Virus record (IMG/VR): IMGVR_UViG_3300043411_000715
Coordinates: 5,492 to 69,491 of that record
DNA length: 64,000 nt
Strand: one strand, 5' to 3'
From: a virus
In this document: one piece after another, positions 51,946 to 60,922 of the stretch
Layout: the number at the start of each line of letters is the position of its first letter
Position numbering within the stretch: the stretch's first letter is position 1
Translations under genes and position numbers: made by a program
Notes under the pieces: model-generated
Database searches by the model: none
The model's input: the letters and a program-made list of their open reading frames with translations, nothing else
What the model was told of the DNA's origin: nothing

Positions 51946-52667
51946 CATACACCATCATCTGCATCATCGCCGCAATCCTGCTCGTGCCGGCCATCATGGC
52001 CGCGCTGCAATTCGCCTCGGCCCTCTACACGCGCACCGCCGAGCGCACCGTGCGCGACTCCGGCATGCCCGATGCCGACCAGGCCGCGTGCATGGACAGC
52101 ATGGACCTTGCCCGCGAGCGCGAGCTGCCGGTGATCTTCTACGACTGCATCGCGCCGATCTTGATGCTGCTGGTGCTGCCCTTCGTGCCACGCAGCGCGA
52201 ACAAGCTGCCTAGCTGGCTGCGCAAGTGGGACAACAACATCTCAATCAACGGCGACTCGGGCGGCGTGCTGATGCCCGATGGATCGTGGGTGGGCTACTA
52301 CGACGTGCCGGACTGGGAGGCCGTGAAGGGCTACCCGCAAGTCAGCTACGACGATCCATCCTATGGCGGCGATGCCTACTACGCGCGCGGCCATCATCCG
52401 CGCTCATTCTGGGCGCGCTACGTCTGGCTTGGCTGGCGCAACCGCGCCACGCAGGCCAGCTTCGACGTCGGCATCGACAGCAGTGCGCCCATCGTCACCG
52501 CAGCCGAAGGCGACGGCTGGCGCATCCGCCGCTCCGGTGACCTGTGGGAAGTGTTCAGTCATCGGAGTTGGCTGCGCTGCTATTACGGCTGGAAGGTGTA
52601 TGAGGCGCCAGGCCGCGTGCGGCCTGTGTGCATCGGATTCAGTTTTCGCAAAAGGGACGAGCCATGA
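51942..52667 (+). CDS. Membrane-anchored hypothetical protein
   Basis: N-terminal TM; 'WARYVWLGWRNRA'. Confidence 0.7.
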   Translation: MTYTIICIIAAILLVPAIMAALQFASALYTRTAERTVRDSGMPDADQAACMDSMDLARERELPVIFYDCIAPILMLLVLPFVPRSANKLPSWLRKWDNNISINGDSGGVLMPDGSWVGYYDVPDWEAVKGYPQVSYDDPSYGGDAYYARGHHPRSFWARYVWLGWRNRATQASFDVGIDSSAPIVTAAEGDGWRIRRSGDLWEVFSHRSWLRCYYGWKVYEAPGRVRPVCIGFSFRKRDEP

Positions 52668-52927
52668 TCCGACTTGCATCCATCCTCTTTGCGCTGCTGA
52701 CCGCGTGCGTGCTGCTGCTGGCCGCAAGCCAGCCCGCGCACGCCAGCGGCGCGCCAATCGACCTTTTCGACGTCATTAAAGGGCTTTCCCAACGGATTTT
52801 CGTTGAAAAGCCGCCAGAACCCGAAATGACGCCCGATCAGCGGCGCGAGTGGCTGGATCAAGAGCGGGCGTATCGCGCGCAGCAGGCCGCATCAAAGGCG
52901 CAAGCCGCATCGGAGGCAAATCCGTGA
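52664..52927 (+). CDS. Secreted hypothetical protein
   Basis: Signal peptide ending AHA. Confidence 0.6.
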   Translation: MIRLASILFALLTACVLLLAASQPAHASGAPIDLFDVIKGLSQRIFVEKPPEPEMTPDQRREWLDQERAYRAQQAASKAQAASEANP

Positions 52928-52929
52928 CC

Positions 52930-52986
52930 ATGCTTGACTTTTGGGACTGGTGCATCAGCACCTGGCTGGCGTGGTGGTGCGCATGA
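52930..52986 (+). CDS. Trp-rich 18-aa mini-peptide (MLDFWDWCISTWLAWWCA)
   Basis: Same position and pattern as 19715-19798. Confidence 0.5.
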   Translation: MLDFWDWCISTWLAWWCA

Positions 52987-53201
52987 GCGAGTTCAAGGTT
53001 TGGAGCGCACCCATCACCGGGCGCGATGGACACACCTACGCGGTGCGCTACCTGCTGACCGACGCGGAGCTGACTGGACTGCAATCGGCCGGCCTGATCG
53101 GCGATGCCGACGAGGTTGTCGGCCTGCAGCACGCGGCCGATTGTGTGGTGGCGCAGTACGAGCGCGAGGCCATGCTGGTCTGCGGTGGGAGCATGCAATG
53201 A
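52983..53201 (+). CDS. Hypothetical protein (paralog of 19795-20004)
   Basis: Sequence similarity and synteny. Confidence 0.7.
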   Translation: MSEFKVWSAPITGRDGHTYAVRYLLTDAELTGLQSAGLIGDADEVVGLQHAADCVVAQYEREAMLVCGGSMQ

Positions 53202-53419
53202 AGCCAGAGCGACGTGGTGGACGACGCAATTTCTGGACGGCCATCGACGACCAAATCCTGCGCGACGGCTTTGACACCATGACGCTGGCCGAGCTGTGCC
53301 GCAAGCTGGGCCGTAAACCCAGCGCCGTGGCGGCGCGCGCCGGCGTGTTGGGGCTTGAGCCGCATGGCGAGTGCGGCGTGCAGGCGCTGCAGCGGGCGTG
53401 GTTCGGGGCGGCGCAATGA
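53198..53419 (+). CDS. Small HTH-like protein
   Basis: 'WTAIDDQILR...TLAELCRKLGRKPSAVAARAGVLGL'. Confidence 0.65.
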   Translation: MKPERRGGRRNFWTAIDDQILRDGFDTMTLAELCRKLGRKPSAVAARAGVLGLEPHGECGVQALQRAWFGAAQ

Positions 53420-53943
53420 CCCTCAACATCCTGCCCTGGTGGGCCTACGCCGCCGCTGGCGCCGTGGCCGGCGCGCTGCTGGCCGGTGGGCTGCAGCAGG
53501 CGCGGGTGAGCAATGCCAAAGCCGAGCTGGCGCACGAGCAGGTCATCCGCGCCACCCTGCAGGCCGACATTGCAGCGGCATCCGACAAAGCCCGAGCCGA
53601 TGTCGATATCGCCAGGCAGGCCAAAGCTGATGCCGTGGCCGCCGTGGACACAAAATCTCAAAAGGAGCTGGCCGATGCCCACAAAGAAAATGACCGCCTG
53701 CGCGCTGTTGTTCGCATCTCTGCTGACAGCTTGCGCATCCTCGGCGCCAGTTGTCCAGGCCCCGCCGATCCTGTGCCCGCCGCCGCCAGCGCCAGCGGCG
53801 TGGGCGATGCAGCCCCCCAGCTTGATGCAGGCGTTCGAGAAAATATTCTCGATCTCCGCGCCGCCGTGACCGAGGCCGAGGCAACGATCAAATACCTGCA
53901 GGGCTACGCGCGCGCAGTGGCCCAGCCGTCAAGCAATCCTTGA
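53416..53943 (+). CDS. rz: i-spanin (Rz-like), copy 2
   Basis: TM plus coiled coil, 'IKYLQGY'. Confidence 0.85.
   Translation: MTLNILPWWAYAAAGAVAGALLAGGLQQARVSNAKAELAHEQVIRATLQADIAAASDKARADVDIARQAKADAVAAVDTKSQKELADAHKENDRLRAVVRISADSLRILGASCPGPADPVPAAASASGVGDAAPQLDAGVRENILDLRAAVTEAEATIKYLQGYARAVAQPSSNP
53675..53869 (+). CDS. rz1: o-spanin (Rz1-like lipoprotein)
   Basis: AAGGAG RBS, lipobox LTAC, 'CPPPPAPAAWAMQPP'. Confidence 0.85.
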   Translation: MPTKKMTACALLFASLLTACASSAPVVQAPPILCPPPPAPAAWAMQPPSLMQAFEKIFSISAPP

Positions 53944-53951
53944 CAGCTCAA

Positions 53952-53991
53952 ACCCGGCAAAGCCTCACGGTTTTGTCGGGTATATTTTTTT
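53952..53991 (+). terminator. Terminator ending the late operon
   Basis: ACCCGGCAAAGCC/GGTTTTGTCGGGT stem followed by a T run. Confidence 0.65.
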
Positions 53992-53993
53992 GC

Positions 53994-54022
53994 TTGCGCC
54001 GGTGCAGAATCTGCCCCATAAT
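53994..54022 (+). promoter_or_regulatory. Sigma70 promoter of moron-like operon
   Basis: TTGCGC-N17-CATAAT preceded by a T-rich UP-like tract. Confidence 0.65.
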
Positions 54023-54105
54023 ACAGCCATGCAATCGAAAAAGGTTGCACCCGGCGCCAGGCGGAACCTGGCTTCACTGCCGCACAGGCAGCACAGGAGA
54101 GAAAA

Positions 54106-54252
54106 ATGTGGCAAATCGAACAATATAGCACCGGGAAAGTGATGACAAATACTTTCTTCGAAACGGATCAGTGTGGGCGCTTCATTGAGCTGGTTGCACA
54201 CATAACGGGCATTCCAGTGGAAGACCTGGACGCGGTTTTTATTGTCTGCTGA
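54106..54252 (+). CDS. 48-aa hypothetical protein
   Basis: AGGAGA RBS; MWQIEQYSTGK... Confidence 0.55.
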   Translation: MWQIEQYSTGKVMTNTFFETDQCGRFIELVAHITGIPVEDLDAVFIVC

Positions 54253-54267
54253 TGTGGTAGGCGCGCC

Positions 54268-54639
54268 ATGAAAATCCCACTCAACGAAATCTCAACTAAT
54301 GGGCTCCTGCGACTTCTGAACGATGTGGCGGCGGAGCTTCATTCACGTCACGACTTTGCCCCACAGGACAAAAAGAAGCCAGCCGTCGCGCAGCCAGACA
54401 AAGCAATGGCCGCGCTGCTGGATGCGCCCGATGCGGACGACGCCGATTTCTGTCTCATGATCGCAGCCCGCATCAGAGGTGGCGGCTACGTCAAAGCCCA
54501 CGAGCGCGAGCGGGTGGCTGCCATCGCTCAAGACTATCCGCTGTGGGTGCGCCGCCAGGGCCTGCCCACGGTGCATAACGCTGGAGCTTGGCAGCGCTCT
54601 ACAGTAAGTGCCAGCGCGCCACGCGCGAGGGCGCGATGA
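54268..54639 (+). CDS. Hypothetical protein
   Basis: 123-aa ORF in the moron operon. Confidence 0.65.
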   Translation: MKIPLNEISTNGLLRLLNDVAAELHSRHDFAPQDKKKPAVAQPDKAMAALLDAPDADDADFCLMIAARIRGGGYVKAHERERVAAIAQDYPLWVRRQGLPTVHNAGAWQRSTVSASAPRARAR

Positions 54640-55082
54640 AGTACCGCATCTTCATCGACGACAATCCAGCCGGGGCAACCGATTGGTTGCCCATCGCACA
54701 GGCCGCATGGCACCGTGCCTGCCGCGACCGTCATGCTGCCCAGCACGGTGGCGATGCTGTTCTGATGATCGACGGCCGCATCGTCGCGTCCGTGCAGCCT
54801 CGAACCGGCGAGGGCCACCCGTGGCCGGTGCGCGATGATCGCGTGATCGGTACGCGTGACATCGCCGCAGCCGTGCAGCAGCTCGCGCGCATCGCTGGCG
54901 TTTCGCAAGCGCAACTGGCCGACGAGCTAACCGTCATGGGCTTGCCAACCGCGCCCGCGCGGCTCAAAAGCATTGCGTCGCAAGAGACGGGCCGCCGTAC
55001 ACACGCAAGCGCGGCGGAAATCGTCGCGCTGTGCTATGCGGCAATCGCGGCACTCAAAAAGAGTTTCAATGACCCCCGCTGA
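54636..55082 (+). CDS. Hypothetical protein with HTH-like C-terminus
   Basis: 'GVSQAQLADEL'; coupled. Confidence 0.65.
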   Translation: MKYRIFIDDNPAGATDWLPIAQAAWHRACRDRHAAQHGGDAVLMIDGRIVASVQPRTGEGHPWPVRDDRVIGTRDIAAAVQQLARIAGVSQAQLADELTVMGLPTAPARLKSIASQETGRRTHASAAEIVALCYAAIAALKKSFNDPR

Positions 55083-55269
55083 CCTGCGCGCCTGGCGTGC
55101 TGCCATGTTCTTGACGCAGCAGCAGGCCGCCGAGGCGCTGGGCGTGTCCCTGCGCACGGTCAAGTCGTGGGAGGCGGGCTTTGCCGCGCCGCCGGCATTC
55201 CTGGCGCTGGCCTGCGCGGCGCTGGCCGCTGGGCTGGGGCCGTGGGTGGATCAATGGTCATCCTCCTGA
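55069..55269 (+). CDS. XRE-family HTH protein
   Basis: 'LRAWRAAMFLTQQQAAEALGVSLRTVKSWEAG'. Confidence 0.85.
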   Translation: MTPADLRAWRAAMFLTQQQAAEALGVSLRTVKSWEAGFAAPPAFLALACAALAAGLGPWVDQWSSS

Positions 55270-55312
55270 GGCCACGGCTCGCGCTTGTCCCTGCGCTGGC
55301 GGGATCGGCGGC

Positions 55313-55738
55313 TCATGATTGCGGCTCCCAGGACCACCTATCCGGGTCGATTTGTGGCGGCTCCCACCCCTCGATCAGCCCATCGGCGCCGATCTTCATG
55401 ATGATGTAGTCGCCGTAGGCGGGCTCGCTGACGCCCAGCAGGTCAGGCACGTAGCCCGACATCTCGGCTACAACCCTTTTGCCATCGAGTAGCTCGTATT
55501 CGCCGGCGTCGCACACCTTGTAGTAAATGTCCGCCGTCGTCCCTTCGGGCCAGTCGCGCACGCGGCCGGTATCCAGCTCGATGATCGGCATCCAGCAGTC
55601 ACCGAAGCGCAGCGGGATCAGCGCGCCGTCCGTGTCTTCAACACCGTTTACCGTGGCATCTTCCCAATGGCGGACTTCCGCCGTGATGCCGATGGCGGTG
55701 ACCTCGATTTCCTTAGTGATTTGTGCTGTGATTTTCAT
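55313..55738 (-). CDS. Conserved phage hypothetical protein
   Basis: 'VRHWEDATVNGVED', 'YKVCDAG.Y', 'YGDYIIM.I..DG.I.GW'. Confidence 0.75.
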   Translation of the reverse strand: MKITAQITKEIEVTAIGITAEVRHWEDATVNGVEDTDGALIPLRFGDCWMPIIELDTGRVRDWPEGTTADIYYKVCDAGEYELLDGKRVVAEMSGYVPDLLGVSEPAYGDYIIMKIGADGLIEGWEPPQIDPDRWSWEPQS

Positions 55739-56010
55739 GCTTCGCCTCCTTCCTTGGCTGCGCGGGCGCGCAGGTATTTGACGGCCGCGTTATGGGCGTC
55801 CGCCACGTACTCCGCATTGGGCATCCTCACGATTTCTGTCAGGGCGGCGATGTGCTTTGCGTCACAAGCATCCCCCCGTGCTGCTTGGGCTGCGCCAGCA
55901 AGGGCAGCGCGCCCTTGGACTACCGTGTTGTGGGTCTCGCCGAAGTGCAATGCGTTGTGCTCTACGCATATCCACAGCGCCTCGCGCAAGGCACCTCGAA
56001 AATCAGCCAT
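55735..56010 (-). CDS. Chimeric hypothetical protein (two modules found in separate genes of early region 1)
   Basis: AAGGAG RBS; near-identity to ~21500-21610 and ~22230-22365. Confidence 0.7.
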   Translation of the reverse strand: MADFRGALREALWICVEHNALHFGETHNTVVQGRAALAGAAQAARGDACDAKHIAALTEIVRMPNAEYVADAHNAAVKYLRARAAKEGGEA

Positions 56011-56338
56011 TGCTCTCTCCTTGTGCGCTGCGGGCGGCGTCGATGATCGAATCGACCTCATCGGCTGGCGCGCAGCGCAACCAATAAAATACGTCTGTGC
56101 TATCCCAGGTCTTGTATTTCTTGAGATACCGATACCGCGCGGCATCCTCCGCATCCTGAGATGCTGGCGCAGCAGGTTGGGTCGGGCTTTCGGCTTTCCT
56201 CTGGATGTAGGCTTGCAGCCACGCGTCCACGTAGGCGCGCATCTGGTCGGCGGTGTAGAGATAAACCTCGTCGAGGAAAGACTCTTGAACCAACATGAAA
56301 TGTGCCGGCAGCTCGGGGTATTGTTTGTTGTCGGTCAT
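56003..56338 (-). CDS. Hypothetical protein
   Basis: 'LYTADQMRAY', 'DAARYRYL' phage modules. Confidence 0.7.
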   Translation of the reverse strand: MTDNKQYPELPAHFMLVQESFLDEVYLYTADQMRAYVDAWLQAYIQRKAESPTQPAAPASQDAEDAARYRYLKKYKTWDSTDVFYWLRCAPADEVDSIIDAARSAQGESNG

Positions 56339-56589
56339 CCTGATTTCGTCCTTGGTTGAATCTCCGTCGCCTGCCAGATCGGCTGCTGGATGCGCTCAAA
56401 AGTGATGACGCGCTTCATGCCCAATTTCGCCAGCGTGGCGTCACTCGGGGATGATTTTTCGCCGGTGGATAGTCGGAACAGGTAGCTCGATTCGATGCCG
56501 ATTGCTTTTGCGGCGGCGCGCACAGAGCCGTGGGTGTTGATCAGTTCGCCGACGCGTGTACGTATGGGGTCGCTGCTGCCCTCGGTCAC
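56335..56589 (-). CDS. HTH DNA-binding protein
   Basis: 'HGSVRAAAKAIGIESSYLFRLSTGEKSSPSDATLAKLG'. Confidence 0.75.
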   Translation of the reverse strand: MTEGSSDPIRTRVGELINTHGSVRAAAKAIGIESSYLFRLSTGEKSSPSDATLAKLGMKRVITFERIQQPIWQATEIQPRTKSG

Positions 56590-56969
56590 GCCTGCTCCTT
56601 TGCTGGCTCCATTTCGTCCCCGATGATTCCCTCAAAAGCATCAAGTGCGTCATTCCAGACCGACATATCGACCATCATTGCCAGTCCATCAGGGCCTTCA
56701 ATTTCCTCTCCGCTGTGGAACATGGCGGCGATGGTGTTCAGGGCGCCGTCTGCTGGCGGCTGTGCTGCGGTGGAGAGGGCAGCGAGGATCGCGTCGGCCA
56801 ATTCAGGGGGCGTGTCGGACTCGCCCACGTCATCAAAGTCGTCCTGACTCATCGTGCCGAAGTTCCACGCTTCCCAGACGCGCAAGCAGCGGTAGGTGCC
56901 GCTCAGATGTTCAGCAATCATGTCGATCAGCTTTTCGCGCAGGGCGGCGTTGGGGTGGGGTGTGGTCAT
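56586..56969 (-). CDS. Hypothetical protein
   Basis: 'C.RVWEAW..GTMSQDDF' module. Confidence 0.7.
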   Translation of the reverse strand: MTTPHPNAALREKLIDMIAEHLSGTYRCLRVWEAWNFGTMSQDDFDDVGESDTPPELADAILAALSTAAQPPADGALNTIAAMFHSGEEIEGPDGLAMMVDMSVWNDALDAFEGIIGDEMEPAKEQA

Positions 56970-57208
56970 TTGATCAGCTCCGTGCGTTCAAAAAAATTGC
57001 AGCCGTCCCAGTCGGGTGGCGGCTCTGCTGGGCGCAGCAGGCCGTGAGCAAGAGCAATGTCTTGCAACTCACCGCCATCAATGCCGCCTTCGGGCCAGGC
57101 CTGCATCACCTCTTTTGTAAATGCGAGCAGTTGGTCGCGCTGCGCCGTGACGCATTGCTTGCAGTCGCATGCCGGGTCGTGACCATGAATGCCGGCGTCA
57201 GCGGTCAT
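56966..57208 (-). CDS. Hypothetical protein
   Basis: 'IDGGELQDIALAHGLL' module; GGAGG RBS. Confidence 0.65.
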   Translation of the reverse strand: MTADAGIHGHDPACDCKQCVTAQRDQLLAFTKEVMQAWPEGGIDGGELQDIALAHGLLRPAEPPPDWDGCNFFERTELIK

Positions 57209-59043
57209 GCTGCCTCCTCTTGGCGCGCTTCATTGGCCAAGCAGGCGACCTGCTCCAAATGACCCGTCAGTTTTTGTAGCAACTCGTGGAATTGCGCGGA
57301 CGAATACAGTTTGGCCTTCTTCGTCGCCAGCGGCTCGATACCGAATTCGGCCAGGCCAGCCGCGCTCACGCTGATCGGGTGCAGGCGCTCGTTGATGGCG
57401 CCGAGGGTCAGGGTGGGCGCGTCATCGGCTGCACTTCCAACTGCCGCAACGGGAGCAATGCCAGCGGCCACAGGCGCGGCAGCAATCGGGGCAGGTGCAA
57501 GGGGCTTTCCCGGCGTGGCCTCTTTTTCTCGTTCGATCGCTTCCAGTGCTCGCGTTACGGCTGGTTTGGCGGCTTCGGCCAGGGTTCGCTCGCGCTGAGC
57601 CGCTGCTTCGCGCTCGGCCGCTTCCGCTTGGGCCTTCTGTTGCTCCTCGGCCCGAATGCGCGCCCGCTCGGCTTCGGCCTTGGCCTCGGCTGCGGCCTGG
57701 GCTTTTCGTTCTTCCTCTTGTCGGATGCGCTCACGCTCGGCCTCGATCCGCGCCGCTTCCGCATCCACCCGCTTTTGCATCAGCAGCCCCAGCGTCTCGC
57801 CGTCCTTGTAGGCCAGCTCCTGCCGGTCGGCAAACAGGTGGGCGTAGGCGGGCACGCTGTCGAGCGTTTGCAGGTTGTTGATGATCCTGGACGCCAAAGT
57901 GTTGACCTCTGCTTGGCTCGAAATCAGCGCGTCAGTCAGCTTGTCGTCGATGCTGGCCAGGCTGCTAAGGCCCTTGATGGCCGCGCCAAAGTCAGGCATA
58001 GGCACATTCAAGCGCACGCCTTTGATGTCCAATTGGCAGGCCGCAACATGCTTGTCAAACGCCCGGCGCGCCGCCATGACTTTCTCGGTGCGGCGCGCGT
58101 CTTTCTCTGCTTTGACCAGCTTCTCGGTCGCAAGTCGGGTTGACCGCGCCAGATCCTTGAGGTCGGCAACGGTGCGGCGCATCAGTTCGACGTCGCTTAT
58201 CTGCGCGAGGGCTCCATCTTCGGCCTGGGCCAGCGCGTCCTCGGCTCGCTTGAGGGCCTTGCACGCAGCCTCGGCATCCGCGAACTGCTGATCGGTGGCG
58301 GGCCTGGCCGGGATGCGGGCAATGAAGTCACGCAGGGCCAAACCAAAGGCGTCGAGGTTGCCGCCCACGGTCAGGGCACCTTGCACCTGCACCACCACGG
58401 CGGGCAGGCTTTCCATGGGCGCGGGCGTGACCGGGGCCGGGCGGTCTTCGGGGACGTAGGCGGCGAGGTCGGAGGCGAATTGATCCCAGCCCGCAATCAG
58501 GCGCGACACCTTCTCAGGGCTCGTTTCGTACCAGCAATGCACGGTGCGTTCAGGCGTGCCGTCGGAGCATGTGAACAAACACCGACTCGCCCCACTGACC
58601 AGCAACTGCTGATCCATTTGGATCGTGTAGTGCTCTGGCAGATCACCGGTTTTCACCGCTTCGGACAACTCTTGGTTCCACAACTTTGTTTCCCAAACGA
58701 TGTCGTTTTCCATGGTGATGCCATCCATGCTCGCAAGCAAAGCAAGACCGTCCACATCGGCAGTCATCGTCAACGGAGCCAGTTCTTCCCCGATGATTTT
58801 TTCGGCCAGGGGTCGCGCCGAACGTTCGGCTTGATGCCCGCGATCAAAACGAGCTTGAGTTGCGTCGTCTGGCTCTTTGGTAATGCCGGTGGCTTTTTGG
58901 TGCAGCAGGTCGGCTCGACTGACATACCTGCTCATCCCTAAGGCGGCGGGGGCCTCAGACGCCGTGAAGCGGCTACCACGCAGCTTTCTCCAATCATCAG
59001 ACCCTTGCGTGACAGGGTGAATCTCTCTGGTTTGAATATTCAT
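57205..59043 (-). CDS. YqaJ-like exonuclease (copy 2)
   Basis: 'QGSDDW...TASEAPAALG', 'ASMDG', 'WETK'; C-terminal half near-identical to copy 1. Confidence 0.9.
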   Translation of the reverse strand: MNIQTREIHPVTQGSDDWRKLRGSRFTASEAPAALGMSRYVSRADLLHQKATGITKEPDDATQARFDRGHQAERSARPLAEKIIGEELAPLTMTADVDGLALLASMDGITMENDIVWETKLWNQELSEAVKTGDLPEHYTIQMDQQLLVSGASRCLFTCSDGTPERTVHCWYETSPEKVSRLIAGWDQFASDLAAYVPEDRPAPVTPAPMESLPAVVVQVQGALTVGGNLDAFGLALRDFIARIPARPATDQQFADAEAACKALKRAEDALAQAEDGALAQISDVELMRRTVADLKDLARSTRLATEKLVKAEKDARRTEKVMAARRAFDKHVAACQLDIKGVRLNVPMPDFGAAIKGLSSLASIDDKLTDALISSQAEVNTLASRIINNLQTLDSVPAYAHLFADRQELAYKDGETLGLLMQKRVDAEAARIEAERERIRQEEERKAQAAAEAKAEAERARIRAEEQQKAQAEAAEREAAAQRERTLAEAAKPAVTRALEAIEREKEATPGKPLAPAPIAAAPVAAGIAPVAAVGSAADDAPTLTLGAINERLHPISVSAAGLAEFGIEPLATKKAKLYSSAQFHELLQKLTGHLEQVACLANEARQEEAA

Positions 59044-59546
59044 TTCGTTGCTCCGTGGTTTGCGTGGAATCCAAGGCCATCTTCTGCCTTGATCCTCGCG
59101 TGGCGCGCATCGGACAGGCTTTTGAAATAACCGATGTGCCTGGTCTTTCTCTCGCTTCTGACCTGTACGCACCATGCTTTTGCGTGCGGCGCCCAGTGCA
59201 CGCCGTTGATGCCGGATTTATTCCTTGAGTCGCGTGACCTGTTCTTTCTATTTCCAGACCTGGTAACCAACCTCAGGTTTTGAATCCTGTTGTTGGATGG
59301 GTTGTGGTCGATATGGTCTATTTCCATATCATCAGGAATTTGGCCTACAGCGAACATCCACGCGAGACGGTGCGCGTAGTGCCGTTCAGCATTGATCGTG
59401 ATTGACACGTACCCATCCGAGCGCGTGCACCCAGCTTCCGCCCCGGCGCGCGCCGAGCGCCCTTTTTTGTTTACAAGCCAAGTGAAACGGCCAGACGTTG
59501 CGTCGTATGAAAGCGCTGTTCTGATGTGATCCATATCTATCGCCAT
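59040..59546 (-). CDS. HNH homing endonuclease (HNH-AP2-like) between bet and exo
   Basis: 'AHRLAW...IDHIDHNPSNNRIQNLR', 'GFHANHG'; absent at the equivalent site in copy 1. Confidence 0.9.
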   Translation of the reverse strand: MAIDMDHIRTALSYDATSGRFTWLVNKKGRSARAGAEAGCTRSDGYVSITINAERHYAHRLAWMFAVGQIPDDMEIDHIDHNPSNNRIQNLRLVTRSGNRKNRSRDSRNKSGINGVHWAPHAKAWCVQVRSERKTRHIGYFKSLSDARHARIKAEDGLGFHANHGATK

Positions 59547-59557
59547 GGCGATTCCTT

Positions 59558-60565
59558 TCAGGCGAAGCTGTCCTGGGCGTCGCTGTAAATTTCAGCCAGT
59601 TCCTGCCGATGCTGCGGGTTCTCGACCGCGCCGATCAGGGTGGCGATCTCGTCCAGCTCGTCTAGGCTGGCTGCGTTTTGCAAACGCCCGGCCAGATTGG
59701 CATAGGTGACGGTGGGCGCGGCCTCGTTCTTGGGCTGCACGTCCTGCACCTCGTCGGCCGGCGGCGCGGCTTTTATGGACAGCAGCCGGGCCTTTTGCTC
59801 TTCGGTGAAGGGCTCGCCACGGGTAGCGGCGAAGTCGATGTAGTCCTTGGCGGTCTTGCGTCCGGTCTGGATCGTGTCGGCCCACTTGGGCAGGTTGTGG
59901 TCGAACTTGGCGCCGTCGTAGAACTTGGGCTGGGCGATGGCCTGCGGCACCATTTGCACCTCGCCCGCGTCCAGCGTCTTGCCTTCCATTTCGTCGGCCG
60001 TTGGCTGGCTGCCGACTTCGGGGAACGCCTTGCGCAGCGCCTGGGCTTCTGCGCATTTTGCGATCTGGCCGTAGGGGCGCTTCGTCCACATGGCATTGGG
60101 CGCGATGCTCTTTTCCTTGCCGCCCTTGATAGCGTAGTTCTCTTTCCAGAACTCCTTGGCGGTGAACTCGACGACCTCACCCGTGGGCAGGCGGCGCTTG
60201 ACACTGACGCGGCACCAGGCCGGGAAGGTGATGGATTGGCCGCCCAGGGTTTCGGTCGTGTCCGGGCCGAAATCGGGCTCGGAGACGCCTGCGCATTCAC
60301 CGGAGCGCGCGGCCTGCGTGCGGTGCAATCCGACGCCCGGCATGATGACGTCGCGCATTACGCCGGCCTTGCTGTCCCACATGGGGACGATGTGCACGGG
60401 CTTTTGCATCGGATCGAGCCCAGACGCCTTGCAGTAGCCGAGAACCATCTTGATGCTGGCCGGCGATGCGCCGGGGTAGAGGCTTGATTGCAGAACCTGC
60501 ATCAGCTCCTGCTCGTCCATTTGCAGGGCCGGCAGGCGGGGTTCGTGCTTGACGATGTTGCTCAT
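59558..60565 (-). CDS. bet: Bet/RecT-family ssDNA annealing protein (different subfamily from copy 1)
   Basis: 'YCKASGLDPMQKPVHIVPMWD', 'W.KRPYGQIAKCAEAQALRKAFP'. Confidence 0.88.
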   Translation of the reverse strand: MSNIVKHEPRLPALQMDEQELMQVLQSSLYPGASPASIKMVLGYCKASGLDPMQKPVHIVPMWDSKAGVMRDVIMPGVGLHRTQAARSGECAGVSEPDFGPDTTETLGGQSITFPAWCRVSVKRRLPTGEVVEFTAKEFWKENYAIKGGKEKSIAPNAMWTKRPYGQIAKCAEAQALRKAFPEVGSQPTADEMEGKTLDAGEVQMVPQAIAQPKFYDGAKFDHNLPKWADTIQTGRKTAKDYIDFAATRGEPFTEEQKARLLSIKAAPPADEVQDVQPKNEAAPTVTYANLAGRLQNAASLDELDEIATLIGAVENPQHRQELAEIYSDAQDSFA

Positions 60566-60581
60566 GGTTTTCCTCGTTTGG

Positions 60582-60788
60582 TCATTTGTGCCCACTGGCC
60601 GCCAGCAGCGCCAGCGCCTGGGCTTGGTGGATTTCGGCGCGCGCCTGCTGCGGGGCTTCTTGCAAATCGGCAGCGGTGTCCTGCGCGGCTTCGGTTTCGC
60701 TGGGGCCGGGCATGAAAACCACGCTCAGCACAAACGCCAGCACGCACAGGATCAAGGTGAGCCAGACGGCCCAGTGGTCACGGCTCAT
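60582..60788 (-). CDS. Small membrane protein
   Basis: Paralog of 26338-26550. Confidence 0.7.
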   Translation of the reverse strand: MSRDHWAVWLTLILCVLAFVLSVVFMPGPSETEAAQDTAADLQEAPQQARAEIHQAQALALLAASGHK

Positions 60789-60922
60789 GGCTTGCGCTCC
60801 TTCGGCACCGGCCAGCCGGCGCGGCGCATCCGCTCGTGCTGGCGCTGGCGAAAGGCTTCCAGCCCGCCATGGTCGCGCAGGCCGGTTCGCTTGACTGGGT
60901 AAAGTGGGCGGACGGTGTTCAT
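60785..60922 (-). CDS. Small basic hypothetical protein
   Basis: GAGGT RBS, coupled. Confidence 0.5.
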   Translation of the reverse strand: MNTVRPLYPVKRTGLRDHGGLEAFRQRQHERMRRAGWPVPKERKP

